This document shows positions 6,988 to 14,650 of a stretch of DNA of 14,650 nt, piece by piece. A program made the position numbers and the translations under genes. The stretch's first letter is position 1; each line of letters opens with the position of its first letter. This stretch comes from Gemmatimonadota bacterium (lineage in GTDB: Bacteria > GCA-2686955), in the NCBI GenBank assembly GCA_002686955.1, contig NYZA01000236.1, forward strand, positions 1 to 14,650, given 5' to 3'. The notes below the pieces were generated by a model. That model saw nothing but the letters and a program-made list of their open reading frames with translations, did no database searches and had not been told where the DNA came from.

Positions 6988-7764
6988 ATGCGCGCAATGC
7001 CCCTCGCGCATCCGCGAAATCCCCCATCCCGGTCTTCGCCCGTCGGCCGCCCGGCACATTTCGCCCGGCCATTCTCCGCGCCACCGGTGGTAGAACCCCA
7101 TGCCGTGAAGCCGGTTGTGCGATCGCTGGCCACGCGGTGCCCCATCGCGTTCCGGGGGCACACGACTTGCACTTCGCCCCAATCCATCCAGCGGAGAAGC
7201 GAAGTGGACAGAAGTACCCGCGACATCGTCGATGATTTCATTCACGAGACCTATCTCGATCGACTCGACGAAAAGGCGATTCTGAAAGACCTGGAACGAT
7301 TCTCTGAAATCTGCGGCAAGGTGATCTCGGAGACGATCCAAGACGGCAGCAAGATCGTCGAGTTGAACCGTCGACTAACCTCGATTCGGCAGAAGCAGAT
7401 GCTCTCCGCAGCCGACGAGGGTGAGGACGATCCGCCGTGGTCGAGCACGCCAAAGCGACGGGTCAGCAGAGCCCGACGGGTGGTGCGAAACAAGCGTCTC
7501 ATTCTCAGCGCCATTCACGAGATTTCGCCGGGCACGGCCGACAGAATCCGTTGCTCCGTGCACCCAAGCGTTCAAACCGGTCGGCGCTCGGCGAGGCGAG
7601 CGCTCCCGGCCCCCGGCAGGGCCCCCGAGATTGGCGAACAGGCTGAAGAAAGCGGCCCGCTGAAAGCTCCGACGAGTACACCGGCGTTTTCGACCCACAT
7701 GATGATCGCCCTTGCGCTGGTCGTATTGCTCGGCGTCACCGTGCTCTTCTCCATCGCCCAATAG
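6988..7764 (+). CDS. Hypothetical protein with Pro-rich N-terminus, a predicted helical/coiled region and a C-terminal transmembrane anchor
   Basis: It lies in the 6844..7764 frame. GC3 is coding-like from about 7200. 'DIVDDFIHETYLDRLDEKAILKDLERFSEICGKVISETIQ' appears helical. The last 21 aa 'MMIALALVVLLGVTVLFSIAQ' are hydrophobic. The start is uncertain: ATG 6988 or 6997, or GTG 7204. Confidence 0.35.
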   Translation: MRAMPLAHPRNPPSRSSPVGRPAHFARPFSAPPVVEPHAVKPVVRSLATRCPIAFRGHTTCTSPQSIQRRSEVDRSTRDIVDDFIHETYLDRLDEKAILKDLERFSEICGKVISETIQDGSKIVELNRRLTSIRQKQMLSAADEGEDDPPWSSTPKRRVSRARRVVRNKRLILSAIHEISPGTADRIRCSVHPSVQTGRRSARRALPAPGRAPEIGEQAEESGPLKAPTSTPAFSTHMMIALALVVLLGVTVLFSIAQ

Positions 7765-7782
7765 CCCGCCTGATTCCCGGCC

Positions 7783-8580
7783 TTGCTCAACTTCGATATC
7801 TGCTTCCGGTCGACCTTCCTCCGGCGCGACGTTTCGGTCTGCTGGAATGAGACAGCCTACGCTCCGCCGCGCGAGATCGAAGATAGAGTCGCGAGACTTT
7901 GGAAATCGGCCCTGGCGAAGGCCAGTCATCACGGCCAAAGCCTCTTTGCGGGACCACTCTGTCGGCTCGATGACCACCAAATCGCGGGCGACCGTCTTTT
8001 CCTGTCCCTCTCGATGACCGACTACCGGGATTTGCAGGGAACGAGCGGGTCGGCATGGCCGGGTGGTCTGCCGCGAGCCGCGCGGGCCGACGGAATTGGG
8101 GTCAACTCCGCGATCGTCACTGCCGATCGGCAGCTCGTGCTCGTCCGCAGGAGCGAGTCGGTCTACGAGAGCCCCGGCACCATAGACACCGGTGGCGGAC
8201 ACATCGATCCCATGTCACACAGGAGTGGAGGACGACCCGATCCCTTCGCCGCGATCGAGTCGGAGATCCGTGACGAGTTCGGATTGGTCCAGTCGGAGCT
8301 CGAAGAGACGCGGCTTCTGGGCTTGGCGCGGCATCGCCCCGGCGGAAAGCCGGAGCTGCTCTTTCTCGCCGAGATCTCCCTTCCCTTCAGTGTGCTTCCA
8401 GGTCGACTGGGGTCGGCGATCGAGGGGAGCGAGACCGCGGAGCTGATGGCGGTTCCCCTGGTCGATGCCGAAGCTGCGCTCATCGCGCACGAGCACGAGC
8501 TCTCCCCCTCGGGGCAGGCCTCGATCTACTTTGCGCTCAGAGAATGGGAGCGCACTGGAACTCTGGATCGAGCTCGGTGA
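7783..8580 (+). CDS. Hypothetical protein, probable Nudix-fold with degenerate Nudix box
   Basis: 'VNSAIVTADRQLVLVRR...PGTIDTGGGHIDP...PFAAIESEIRDEFGL' approximates G-x5-E-x7-REUxEExGU, with an insertion and R/E substitutions. The start is uncertain. Confidence 0.4.
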   Translation: MLNFDICFRSTFLRRDVSVCWNETAYAPPREIEDRVARLWKSALAKASHHGQSLFAGPLCRLDDHQIAGDRLFLSLSMTDYRDLQGTSGSAWPGGLPRAARADGIGVNSAIVTADRQLVLVRRSESVYESPGTIDTGGGHIDPMSHRSGGRPDPFAAIESEIRDEFGLVQSELEETRLLGLARHRPGGKPELLFLAEISLPFSVLPGRLGSAIEGSETAELMAVPLVDAEAALIAHEHELSPSGQASIYFALREWERTGTLDRAR

Positions 8581-9298
8581 GCTCCGAGATCAGGCTGTTC
8601 AGGCGGCTCTTTACACCGGGGGCGCCACCGTCGCTTTGCAGATAAAGGGAGTACAGGTCGAGGAAATCGTCCCGCTTGCGCGCGATGCTTCCTTGATTGC
8701 CGATCGCGTTGACGTGCCGCATCAGGTGGAAGAGATCCCCCTCGCGCAGCCGAGGAGTCAGCCCAAGATGTTCTCGGCACGCATGCCGCACGATGCGCGC
8801 GTACTTGTCCAGATCCTGCGCGAGCTTTCCCAGAATCTCCGCGACACCCGCGTCGCGCCGGGCGAGCCGCCGCAGCAGATCGGCGGCGAACATGTAGTAC
8901 ATGCGCGCCCGTCCCACCCAGTAGTCCGGGCGGTGCTCGTAGTAACGCAAGGGACGCACGGTTCCGGCACCCTCGTCGAAGATGGCGAAGCGTGCCACGA
9001 TCGAGTCGGCGTTCGCCTGGTAGATCGTCGCCTTGCGGCGTTCGCCACAGTCTTCCGTCACTGCCGCGACTTCGCGGTCGCTCTCTCTCACCAGTTCCGA
9101 CCGCGCCCTTACCCTCTCGGGATCGACGAAGCTGACCATGAGGTCGGCGAGATAGACATTGACGTCCTCGTCGAAGTAGGGGCTGTTCGATTCCAGACCC
9201 AGGGTCAATCTCGATTTGAGAAGGGCGTTGACCATGAAGAACGACGTGGGTTCCCTGACACCTTGGGGGTGATTCAGATCCACGTAGCGATCCCTCAT
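8537..9298 (-). CDS. Hypothetical protein (no family recognised)
   Basis: 253 aa with a natural composition (Y/F/W/D/K), in contrast to the R-rich antisense ORFs on the + strand. AGAGGA lies about 7 nt upstream of the ATG. It overlaps the 3' end of the + strand gene convergently by 44 nt. Confidence 0.5.
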   Translation of the reverse strand: MRDRYVDLNHPQGVREPTSFFMVNALLKSRLTLGLESNSPYFDEDVNVYLADLMVSFVDPERVRARSELVRESDREVAAVTEDCGERRKATIYQANADSIVARFAIFDEGAGTVRPLRYYEHRPDYWVGRARMYYMFAADLLRRLARRDAGVAEILGKLAQDLDKYARIVRHACREHLGLTPRLREGDLFHLMRHVNAIGNQGSIARKRDDFLDLYSLYLQSDGGAPGVKSRLNSLISELTELDPEFQCAPIL

Positions 9299-9497
9299 GT
9301 TGGTCCTCTAGCCGGGGGAGATGATTGGGCGACCCCTTGGAGCCTGCCGCGCACCAGCTGTGCCTGCAGGTCGCGTGCCCTTCGATTGGTGTTATCGGCA
9401 AGAGATCAGTTCGAGTCCAGGCCGACCCTTCCCCGTAGCCTCTTGGTAGGCTGCTTCGACGAAGCACACCCACGTCCACCCGCGGAGCCGGATCAAC

Positions 9498-10304
9498 TTG
9501 AGCCCCCGTTCCCCCGCGCCGATTCGCCGCGCCCTGGCCCTGCGCTCCTCCAGAGGACGGGGGAAGAGCGGCCACTACCTCATCGAAGGTGCGCGCGGAG
9601 CGCTCGACGCGCTGGAGCGGACGAGATCTGTCGTCGAAGTGTTGATCTCGGATGCGGCGGGCGAGGAGGCGTCCACTTCGGTCCGGCGTGCCGCCGAGCG
9701 CTTCGCCGTGCCGGTGCATGCGGTGGCCAACGACGACTTTCGCCGAATCGCTCAAGTCGTGCATACGCAAGGCATAGCTGCGATCGCCCGAAAGCCGCCC
9801 GAACCCGCCCCGACCACACCTCTCCTACCGCGGGGGCCGGGGGTCGCGCTGGTTCTCGATGGAGTAAGGGATCCTGGGAACCTCGGCACGATCTCGAGAA
9901 CGGCGGAGGCCGCGGGTTGCACGGGCCTGATCCTGACGCCGGGATGTGGCGACCTCTACAACCCGAAGGTGGTCCGCGCGGCCTTCGGCTCGTTGATCAA
10001 CCTGCATTCTCGCTCCCTACCGCCAGAAGCGATCGTGGCCGCCGCACGGAAAGAAGAGCTCCCCTTGGTGTTGCTCGACGCCGACCAAGGGCTGCCACTC
10101 CAGGAGTTCAATGCCCCCGATCGGATGATCTTGGTCGCGGGGGGAGAGCCGAATGGAGTCGGCAAGACGCTGAGGAGGGCAGCGACCTCGCGACTCCGCT
10201 TCGATCTCCGCGGCGGCGTTGAATCGTTGAATGTGGCCGTCGCCACCGGCATCGCCCTTTTCGCTTGCAGGGACCGGCGGCCCCTTCGCAAAGTGCAACG
10301 GTAG
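9498..10304 (+). CDS. SpoU/TrmH-family RNA 2'-O-ribose methyltransferase
   Basis: The three SPOUT motifs are present: 'LVLDGVRDPGNLGTISRTAEAAG', 'ILVAGGEPNGV' and 'ESLNVAVATGIALF'. The N-terminus '...GHYLIEGARG' resembles the TrmH substrate-binding region. The TTG start is uncertain. Confidence 0.8.
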   Translation: MSPRSPAPIRRALALRSSRGRGKSGHYLIEGARGALDALERTRSVVEVLISDAAGEEASTSVRRAAERFAVPVHAVANDDFRRIAQVVHTQGIAAIARKPPEPAPTTPLLPRGPGVALVLDGVRDPGNLGTISRTAEAAGCTGLILTPGCGDLYNPKVVRAAFGSLINLHSRSLPPEAIVAAARKEELPLVLLDADQGLPLQEFNAPDRMILVAGGEPNGVGKTLRRAATSRLRFDLRGGVESLNVAVATGIALFACRDRRPLRKVQR

Positions 10305-10421
10305 CCGATGCAGAGTGCGCCCATTCCTAGGGCCCGCTCCACTGGAAGAGCGCCGAGGCGTGTATCGTAAACGACTGATGTGAAACGACGTTGCGAGGAC
10401 CTAGCTCCGTCGCCGGCCATC

Positions 10422-10436
10422 TGGCACACCCTTTGC
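10422..10436 (+). promoter_or_regulatory. sigma-54 (-24/-12) promoter candidate: TGGCAC-N5-TTGC
   Basis: cTGGCACaccctTTGCg, with exactly 10 nt between GG and GC. It is oriented toward the lipoprotein gene, whose start is about 138 nt downstream. Confidence 0.3.
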
Positions 10437-10573
10437 GCGGCACGTCGCGCAGGTCTCCCGGCGATCCGCCCAGCGGGGGGGAATCCGGACCGGGGCGTAA
10501 GGCCACAAAGACGACGACCGGCGGTGTCTTGCGAGAGAGGCAAGTGCGCACGCCGCGACAGGAGGAATGTGTC

Positions 10574-11353
10574 GTGCCCAAGCAAAGGACGAGTTTTGGC
10601 GTAGTCGCGGGTGTCGCATCGATAGCGATTCTCGCAGGGTGTGAGAGCACCAGCATCACCGATCCGGATTTCAACGCGATTCAAGGAACCGGGGGAGATT
10701 TGATTGCCGCCCCCTATGTCGATCAGGAGTCCGCCGATGCTCCGGTGCTCGGCTACAACGGAGACGATGGGCCGTGGGCGGATCCCGAGGAGCCCGCTCT
10801 TGGCTACGAAGGCGATGGGTTCTGGGCCGATCCCCAGGTCCCGGTCATTGGATATGAGGAGGACGATTCCTGGGCAAAGCCCGAGGATCCCGTGCTCGGC
10901 TACGACGGCGATGATCCCTGGGCGAATCCAGATGTTCCGATCGAGGTCGTGAATCCATCCTTCAGCTACCCCTTCGAGTTCCAAATGGTCAATCCCGTGG
11001 GAGATGACGCATGGGGGAACCTGGGGATCGATTTCGAGTCTCGCGACCTGCGCCTCGTCGTCGGCGAGCTCAAGGCCGAACCCACGATCTCCTACGAGAT
11101 CCAGGTGCATTTCCTTTCGGATCACACCTTTTCGGAAGCGGGCTGGTTCAGCTTCAGCGATGAGGGACAGATGGTCATGGGGCACTGGGAGCTCCCGCCA
11201 ATGGGCAGTGAGCCGGATGATAACTACCCGGATCGCATCATCGTGGTGGAGCACGATGAGAACGGCCCCGGCTTCACCGGCGAAGAAGTTCTCGTCGCGA
11301 CCATCCCCTTCAACCGCGGACACGAAGGGCAGGACGATCGTTCGGTAGACTAG
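10574..11353 (+). CDS. Lipoprotein with four tandem acidic 16-18-aa repeats and a C-terminal domain of unknown function
   Basis: GTG 10574 has AGGAGG 9 nt upstream. The signal peptide 'MPKQRTSFGVVAGVASIAILAGC' carries an L-A-G-C lipobox. The repeats are 'P-x-LGY-(D/E)-GDD-x-WA-x-P-(E/D)'. The ORF-track start at 10391 is an upstream extension. Confidence 0.65.
   Translation: MPKQRTSFGVVAGVASIAILAGCESTSITDPDFNAIQGTGGDLIAAPYVDQESADAPVLGYNGDDGPWADPEEPALGYEGDGFWADPQVPVIGYEEDDSWAKPEDPVLGYDGDDPWANPDVPIEVVNPSFSYPFEFQMVNPVGDDAWGNLGIDFESRDLRLVVGELKAEPTISYEIQVHFLSDHTFSEAGWFSFSDEGQMVMGHWELPPMGSEPDDNYPDRIIVVEHDENGPGFTGEEVLVATIPFNRGHEGQDDRSVD
10739..10936 (+). repeat. Four imperfect tandem 48-54-bp repeats (coding for the acidic LGY/GDD/W repeats)
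   Basis: APVLGYNGDDGPWADPEE / PALGYEGDGFWADPQV / PVIGYEEDDSWAKPED / PVLGYDGDDPWANPDV. Confidence 0.7.
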
Positions 11354-11366
11354 ATTCGGTCCATTT

Positions 11367-11433
11367 CCCCCCGTAGACCGGGGGTCACGAACCGCCACAG
11401 AGATCGCCCCCGGGCACCATCCGGGGGCGATCT
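11367..11433 (+). terminator. Two GC hairpins downstream of the lipoprotein stop (6-bp stem at 11367-11384; perfect 13-bp stem at 11401-11433 with 7-nt loop), no U-tract
   Basis: AGATCGCCCCCGG-gcaccat-CCGGGGGCGATCT. This may be a U-tract-less intrinsic terminator, as is common in high-GC bacteria, or an RNA stabiliser. Confidence 0.35.
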
Positions 11434-11470
11434 GCGTTCGGGCGGTCCCGCGCGGCGTTACGCCTCGCCA

Positions 11471-11500
11471 TTGATGCCGGGCGCACTTACTCCCTATACT
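11471..11500 (+). promoter_or_regulatory. sigma70-like promoter candidate (TTGATG-18 nt-TATACT) for the REC-GGDEF gene
   Basis: -35 at 11471-11476 and -10 at 11495-11500. It predicts an about 160-nt 5'UTR containing further small hairpins (GGTCCC...GGGACC). Confidence 0.3.
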
Positions 11501-11670
11501 CCCGGGTAGTGGACCGATCGGCGCCTCACCGCGTTTCCGGCAAGGTCCCTTTTGGAGCCGGGACCCTCCGGGCATGATCGACCGGTCGTAACCGGTGGTG
11601 CTGCTCCCCTCTTCGATCGACGATGGGGGGGCACGAATCGCGATGTCGCTCCGCACGGTAATTTCACGAG

Positions 11671-12687
11671 ATGGCTGAACTCTCGACAACCTCCGCCTCG
11701 ATGGCGTCATCGGGAGACTCCCCGGATCCGCGGGCCGAGTCCTCCGGCGATCCACGAGAAGCTCCGATCGGCGGTGGCAGGGCGCGCGTGTTGGTCGTCG
11801 ACGACGTGGAATCGGTGCGCGAGATGATGGCCGAGGCGCTGCGCCTGGACGGCCACGAAGTCACGGTCGCCGCGAGCGGTGAAGAAGCCCTCGACCTGTC
11901 CCGCGAGATCGCGTTCGACGTGTCTTTCGTCGATCTGGTCATGCCCGACACCAACGGCCTCGACGTGCTCAAGAGCCTCCTTCAGTTCACTCCCGATGCC
12001 GACATCGTGGTTGTCACCGGGTTTGCAACCATTGAAGTCGCGGTCGAGTCGATGCGACTCGGCGCCGCCGACTTCGTTACCAAACCGTTTTCCAATACGC
12101 ACTTGCAAGTCGTCGTTTCCAAGGTCTTGGAACGAAGGCGACTGATCAAGGCGGCCAAGGAAAAGGACTACTACAAACGCCTTTCACGCCTGGACGGCCT
12201 GACGGAGCTTTACAACCACCGCTTTTTTCATCAGTTGGTGGACTCCGAAGTCGCACGGGCCCGGAGATTCGGACACAAAATCTCTCTGTTGATCCTCGAT
12301 CTCGATCGCTTCAAGGACTTCAACGACCGGTACGGCCATCCGGCCGGCGACTTCGCGCTCAAGCAGGTCGCGGACCTGCTGCGGAATACCTGTCGAAAGT
12401 ACGACTTCATCGCGCGCTACGGCGGTGAGGAATTCGCGATCATCTCCCCGGGGAGCGACTCATCACAGGCATCCGTGCTTGCCGAGCGCATCCGCGAACG
12501 AATGAGTGAAAGCGATTTCGCCATGGGTGACGGTGTGGCGCATCTGACGCTGAGCGTTGGTATCGCGTGCCTGCCGGAGGACGCTGGGGCCAAGAAAGAA
12601 CTGATCGAGCGGGCCGATCGCGCGCTCTATCTCGCGAAGGATCGGGGTCGGGATTGCGTCGTTCTCGCGAAGGAGCTCTCTTCGTGA
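11671..12687 (+). CDS. Response-regulator diguanylate cyclase (REC-GGDEF, PleD/WspR-like)
   Basis: The REC domain has 'VLVVDD', phospho-acceptor 'FVDLVMPD', 'VVVTGF' and 'TKPF'. A coiled linker follows. The GGDEF domain has the active site 'RYGGEEF' and an I-site 'RKYD' five residues upstream. Confidence 0.9.
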   Translation: MAELSTTSASMASSGDSPDPRAESSGDPREAPIGGGRARVLVVDDVESVREMMAEALRLDGHEVTVAASGEEALDLSREIAFDVSFVDLVMPDTNGLDVLKSLLQFTPDADIVVVTGFATIEVAVESMRLGAADFVTKPFSNTHLQVVVSKVLERRRLIKAAKEKDYYKRLSRLDGLTELYNHRFFHQLVDSEVARARRFGHKISLLILDLDRFKDFNDRYGHPAGDFALKQVADLLRNTCRKYDFIARYGGEEFAIISPGSDSSQASVLAERIRERMSESDFAMGDGVAHLTLSVGIACLPEDAGAKKELIERADRALYLAKDRGRDCVVLAKELSS

Positions 12688-12779
12688 GCTCCATGAGACC
12701 GAATCTCCACCACAACAGAACATGATTCAAGATCAACCGGCGTGCCGTGCGGTGCGCCCGTTGTGGAAGGAGACGTGCA

Positions 12780-14650
12780 GTGGAGTCGACCACGGGGCAC
12801 GGAGAAACCAGCACGACCCCTGAAGACCAGGTGTTGCTGCCGGCAAAGGGCATCAAGCGCAAGATTCTCGAAGTTCTGGCCGTCTTGGGCCGAGGAAGCA
12901 AGAGCGAGGATCTCCGCTCTGCTCTGGGATACCGTGGCAGGAACTGGCGCTACTTCATGAGCGATCTCGTTGATCGAGGCCTGGTCACCCGCACCGACGA
13001 CCCTCAAGCCGAGGCGGCATATGAAATCGCGGGTGGCGAGTTGCGGGGAGATGTTATCGGGCGAATTACAGAAACCGAGCGGGCAGGTTTGGAGCGCATT
13101 CTGAGCGATCTCGAAGATGAAGCGAAAGAGCCCGCCACGGACAGCAATGACCCGGAGAGACCCCAGGTCGAGCCTGCGTCCCCTCGGGATGACGAGAGAG
13201 CCGACTCGGGCGAATGCGCGCCGGAATACCCCGAGTCGGCCGAATCACAGGCAGACGCTTCCGCATCTCCCTCCTCGGCCGGGAATGGGGCGGACCAATC
13301 CACCCGCAAGTCGAGGGGTCGCAAGGACCGTCGCCGGTCCCGGTCCGGGGACGAGTCCGGAGAGGAGCTGTTGAGATTGGCCGAGGATGCACTGCGCCGG
13401 GGAGACAACGACAGCGCATTGTCGTTCGCGCGGGATGGTATCGAGGGGAAGTACGAAGGGACCGGAGAAGGCTTGGAGCTGGAACCGCTATTCAGAATCA
13501 GGGCTGCCCAGGCCCACATCCGGGCGCTGCGCCTGGGAGAGGCCCGGACCCTCCTCGATCCCCTGACCGGCGAGGATCAGGCCCCTCGAACCCGAGAGAC
13601 TGCGCTGGCGCAGATCGTGGCAGCGGAGTGCCATCTGGCGGATGGCAAGATCGAGCGCACCCGAGAGCTCATGGTCAAGGCCGATGCATACAAGGGAGAG
13701 CCGTCGAACGAACACGCCATGAGGAAGGCGATTCTAGATGCAAAGCTGGCGCTGATGGGGGGGCGCCCCTCCGAGGCTCTGCGCCGGATTGACACGCTGC
13801 ACCGAACCCCTGATGATCCCGCGGACCGCGCCCGCTTGTCGTTGCTGCGCGGAACTGCGCTTTTCCGCCTCGGAGAGTTCGAGCGAGCGGTTTCCCCGTT
13901 GCAAGAAGCGCTCGATATCGACCGCAATCGTGGAAACACCGAGGGGGAACGAGAAGCCGCGCTCTTCCTAGGGCGAGCTTTCCACTGTCGCGCGCAGTTC
14001 GCGAAAAGCGACAGCTTCTTGGAGAGGGCCAATGCTCTCGCGAAAGGGGCTCGAAACGAAGAAACGCGGGTTCGAGTTGCACTTGCACGGGCGACCGTGT
14101 ACGCCGATCGCGGTGACGCAGCCCGCCTGGAGGGGGCCCTGGATTCTCTCCCGCCCAGGGCGCGGAAAGAGAACGCGCGATTCGACCTGCAGCAGGCGCG
14201 GCTGCTCTTGCTCAAGGGGCGGATGGGCGATGCCGTCGAGGCCCTTGAAAAGCTCACGGAAACCAAGCTCGGCGATTCCGATGCGGCCGATGCGCTCCGT
14301 GAGTTGGGTGTCTGCTATAGACACTTGGGTCACCAAGAAGCCGCCGTCGGACCCCTCGAAGAGAGCTTGCGACGGGCGGAGCGCGCCCGTGATCGCGTGT
14401 CGATCGCCCGCTGCAGGGTCGAGTACGCGCTGGGTCTGCTCGACCATCCGGATGCCGCGAAACGGTCCGGCGCGGTCGTAGACGTCAAGAAGGCGCTGCG
14501 GCTTCTCGAGTACCTCGAAGTTCCAGACCTCGTGTGGCGCGGCTACCATGCGTTGGGATTGATCTTCTTGGAAGAGGGGAGACACGAGGACGCCTTCGTC
14601 CGCCTGGGTGACGCGACGGCGATCCTCGACCAGCTTCTCGGCCGATTCCA
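12780..14650 (+). CDS. Large wHTH-disordered linker-TPR repeat protein (partial, continues past window end)
   Basis: The open frame from 12726 is not in the ORF track because there is no stop in the window. GTG 12780 has GGAAGGA upstream. The N-terminus 'KRKILEVLAVLGRGSKSEDLRSALGYRGRNWRYFMSDLVDRGLVTRT' is winged-helix-like. An acidic/Ser-rich linker of about 110 aa follows, then many TPR-like helices (…ALFLGRAFHCRAQFAKSDSFLERANALAK…). Confidence 0.6.
   Translation, partial: MESTTGHGETSTTPEDQVLLPAKGIKRKILEVLAVLGRGSKSEDLRSALGYRGRNWRYFMSDLVDRGLVTRTDDPQAEAAYEIAGGELRGDVIGRITETERAGLERILSDLEDEAKEPATDSNDPERPQVEPASPRDDERADSGECAPEYPESAESQADASASPSSAGNGADQSTRKSRGRKDRRRSRSGDESGEELLRLAEDALRRGDNDSALSFARDGIEGKYEGTGEGLELEPLFRIRAAQAHIRALRLGEARTLLDPLTGEDQAPRTRETALAQIVAAECHLADGKIERTRELMVKADAYKGEPSNEHAMRKAILDAKLALMGGRPSEALRRIDTLHRTPDDPADRARLSLLRGTALFRLGEFERAVSPLQEALDIDRNRGNTEGEREAALFLGRAFHCRAQFAKSDSFLERANALAKGARNEETRVRVALARATVYADRGDAARLEGALDSLPPRARKENARFDLQQARLLLLKGRMGDAVEALEKLTETKLGDSDAADALRELGVCYRHLGHQEAAVGPLEESLRRAERARDRVSIARCRVEYALGLLDHPDAAKRSGAVVDVKKALRLLEYLEVPDLVWRGYHALGLIFLEEGRHEDAFVRLGDATAILDQLLGRF

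Noticed and set aside
8465-10222. 585-aa + strand ORF and 414-aa - strand ORF (8526..9770) spanning the hypothetical and methyltransferase genes.
   Set aside because: They are extremely Arg/Pro/Gly-rich and have no domain. The real genes are 8537..9298 (-) and 9498..10304 (+), in other frames.
11507-11670. Possible c-di-GMP or other riboswitch in the leader of the GGDEF gene.
   Set aside because: Only generic small hairpins are present. I could not match any riboswitch consensus by eye, and it would need an Rfam covariance search.
9956-11755. 599-aa - strand ORF covering the methyltransferase 3' end, the lipoprotein gene and the downstream intergenic region.
   Set aside because: It is the antisense shadow, R/G/P/S-rich. 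It spans intergenic hairpins and promoter motifs, which is implausible for a real gene.
13004-14585. - strand ORFs 13004..13519, 13577..14266 and 13968..14585, and + strand ORFs 13214..13792 and 14032..14481.
   Set aside because: They are antisense or alternative frames of the long wHTH-TPR ORF. Their composition is Ser/Arg/Ala-rich.
1-14650. CRISPR arrays, tRNA/rRNA genes, and transposase/integrase or IS terminal inverted repeats.
   Set aside because: No regularly spaced direct repeats, no cloverleaf-compatible segments and no transposase-like ORFs were recognised. The only repeats are the coding tandem repeats in the lipoprotein gene and isolated hairpins.

Overview
This is a high-GC (about 65-70%) bacterial window. 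Its centre (about 1000-6500, + strand) is a compact bacterial-microcompartment (BMC) locus of the metabolosome type. In order it encodes two BMC-H shell proteins (the second with a Rho_N/SAP-like C-terminal tail), a CoA-acylating aldehyde dehydrogenase with a C-terminal encapsulation-peptide-like helix, and a PduL-type phosphotransacylase. These are followed by a BMC-P vertex protein, a UPF0237 ACT-domain protein with an N-terminal PduD-like encapsulation peptide, and its partner UPF0210/DUF711 protein. The ACT and DUF711 genes are separated by an 18-bp-stem hairpin. Stop/start overlaps (GTGA, TGATG, TAGcTTG) indicate translational coupling through the operon. No BMC-T shell protein, alcohol dehydrogenase or regulator is in the window. 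The two function-unknown proteins sit where the signature enzyme would be, so this may be a metabolosome with an uncharacterised signature reaction. Upstream, on the - strand, is a HEPN/MNT toxin-antitoxin-like pair. Downstream lie an orphan flgM-like gene followed by a tail-anchored hypothetical, a degenerate Nudix-fold protein and a - strand hypothetical. Further downstream are a SpoU/TrmH RNA methyltransferase and a lipoprotein with four tandem acidic repeats behind a well-spaced sigma-54-type promoter motif. The window ends with a REC-GGDEF response-regulator diguanylate cyclase and the start of a large wHTH-linker-TPR protein that runs off the window end. Many long ORFs in the six-frame track (R/G/S/P-rich) are antisense or frame-shadow artefacts of the high GC and were not called. 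No rRNA, tRNA, CRISPR or transposase signal was seen.
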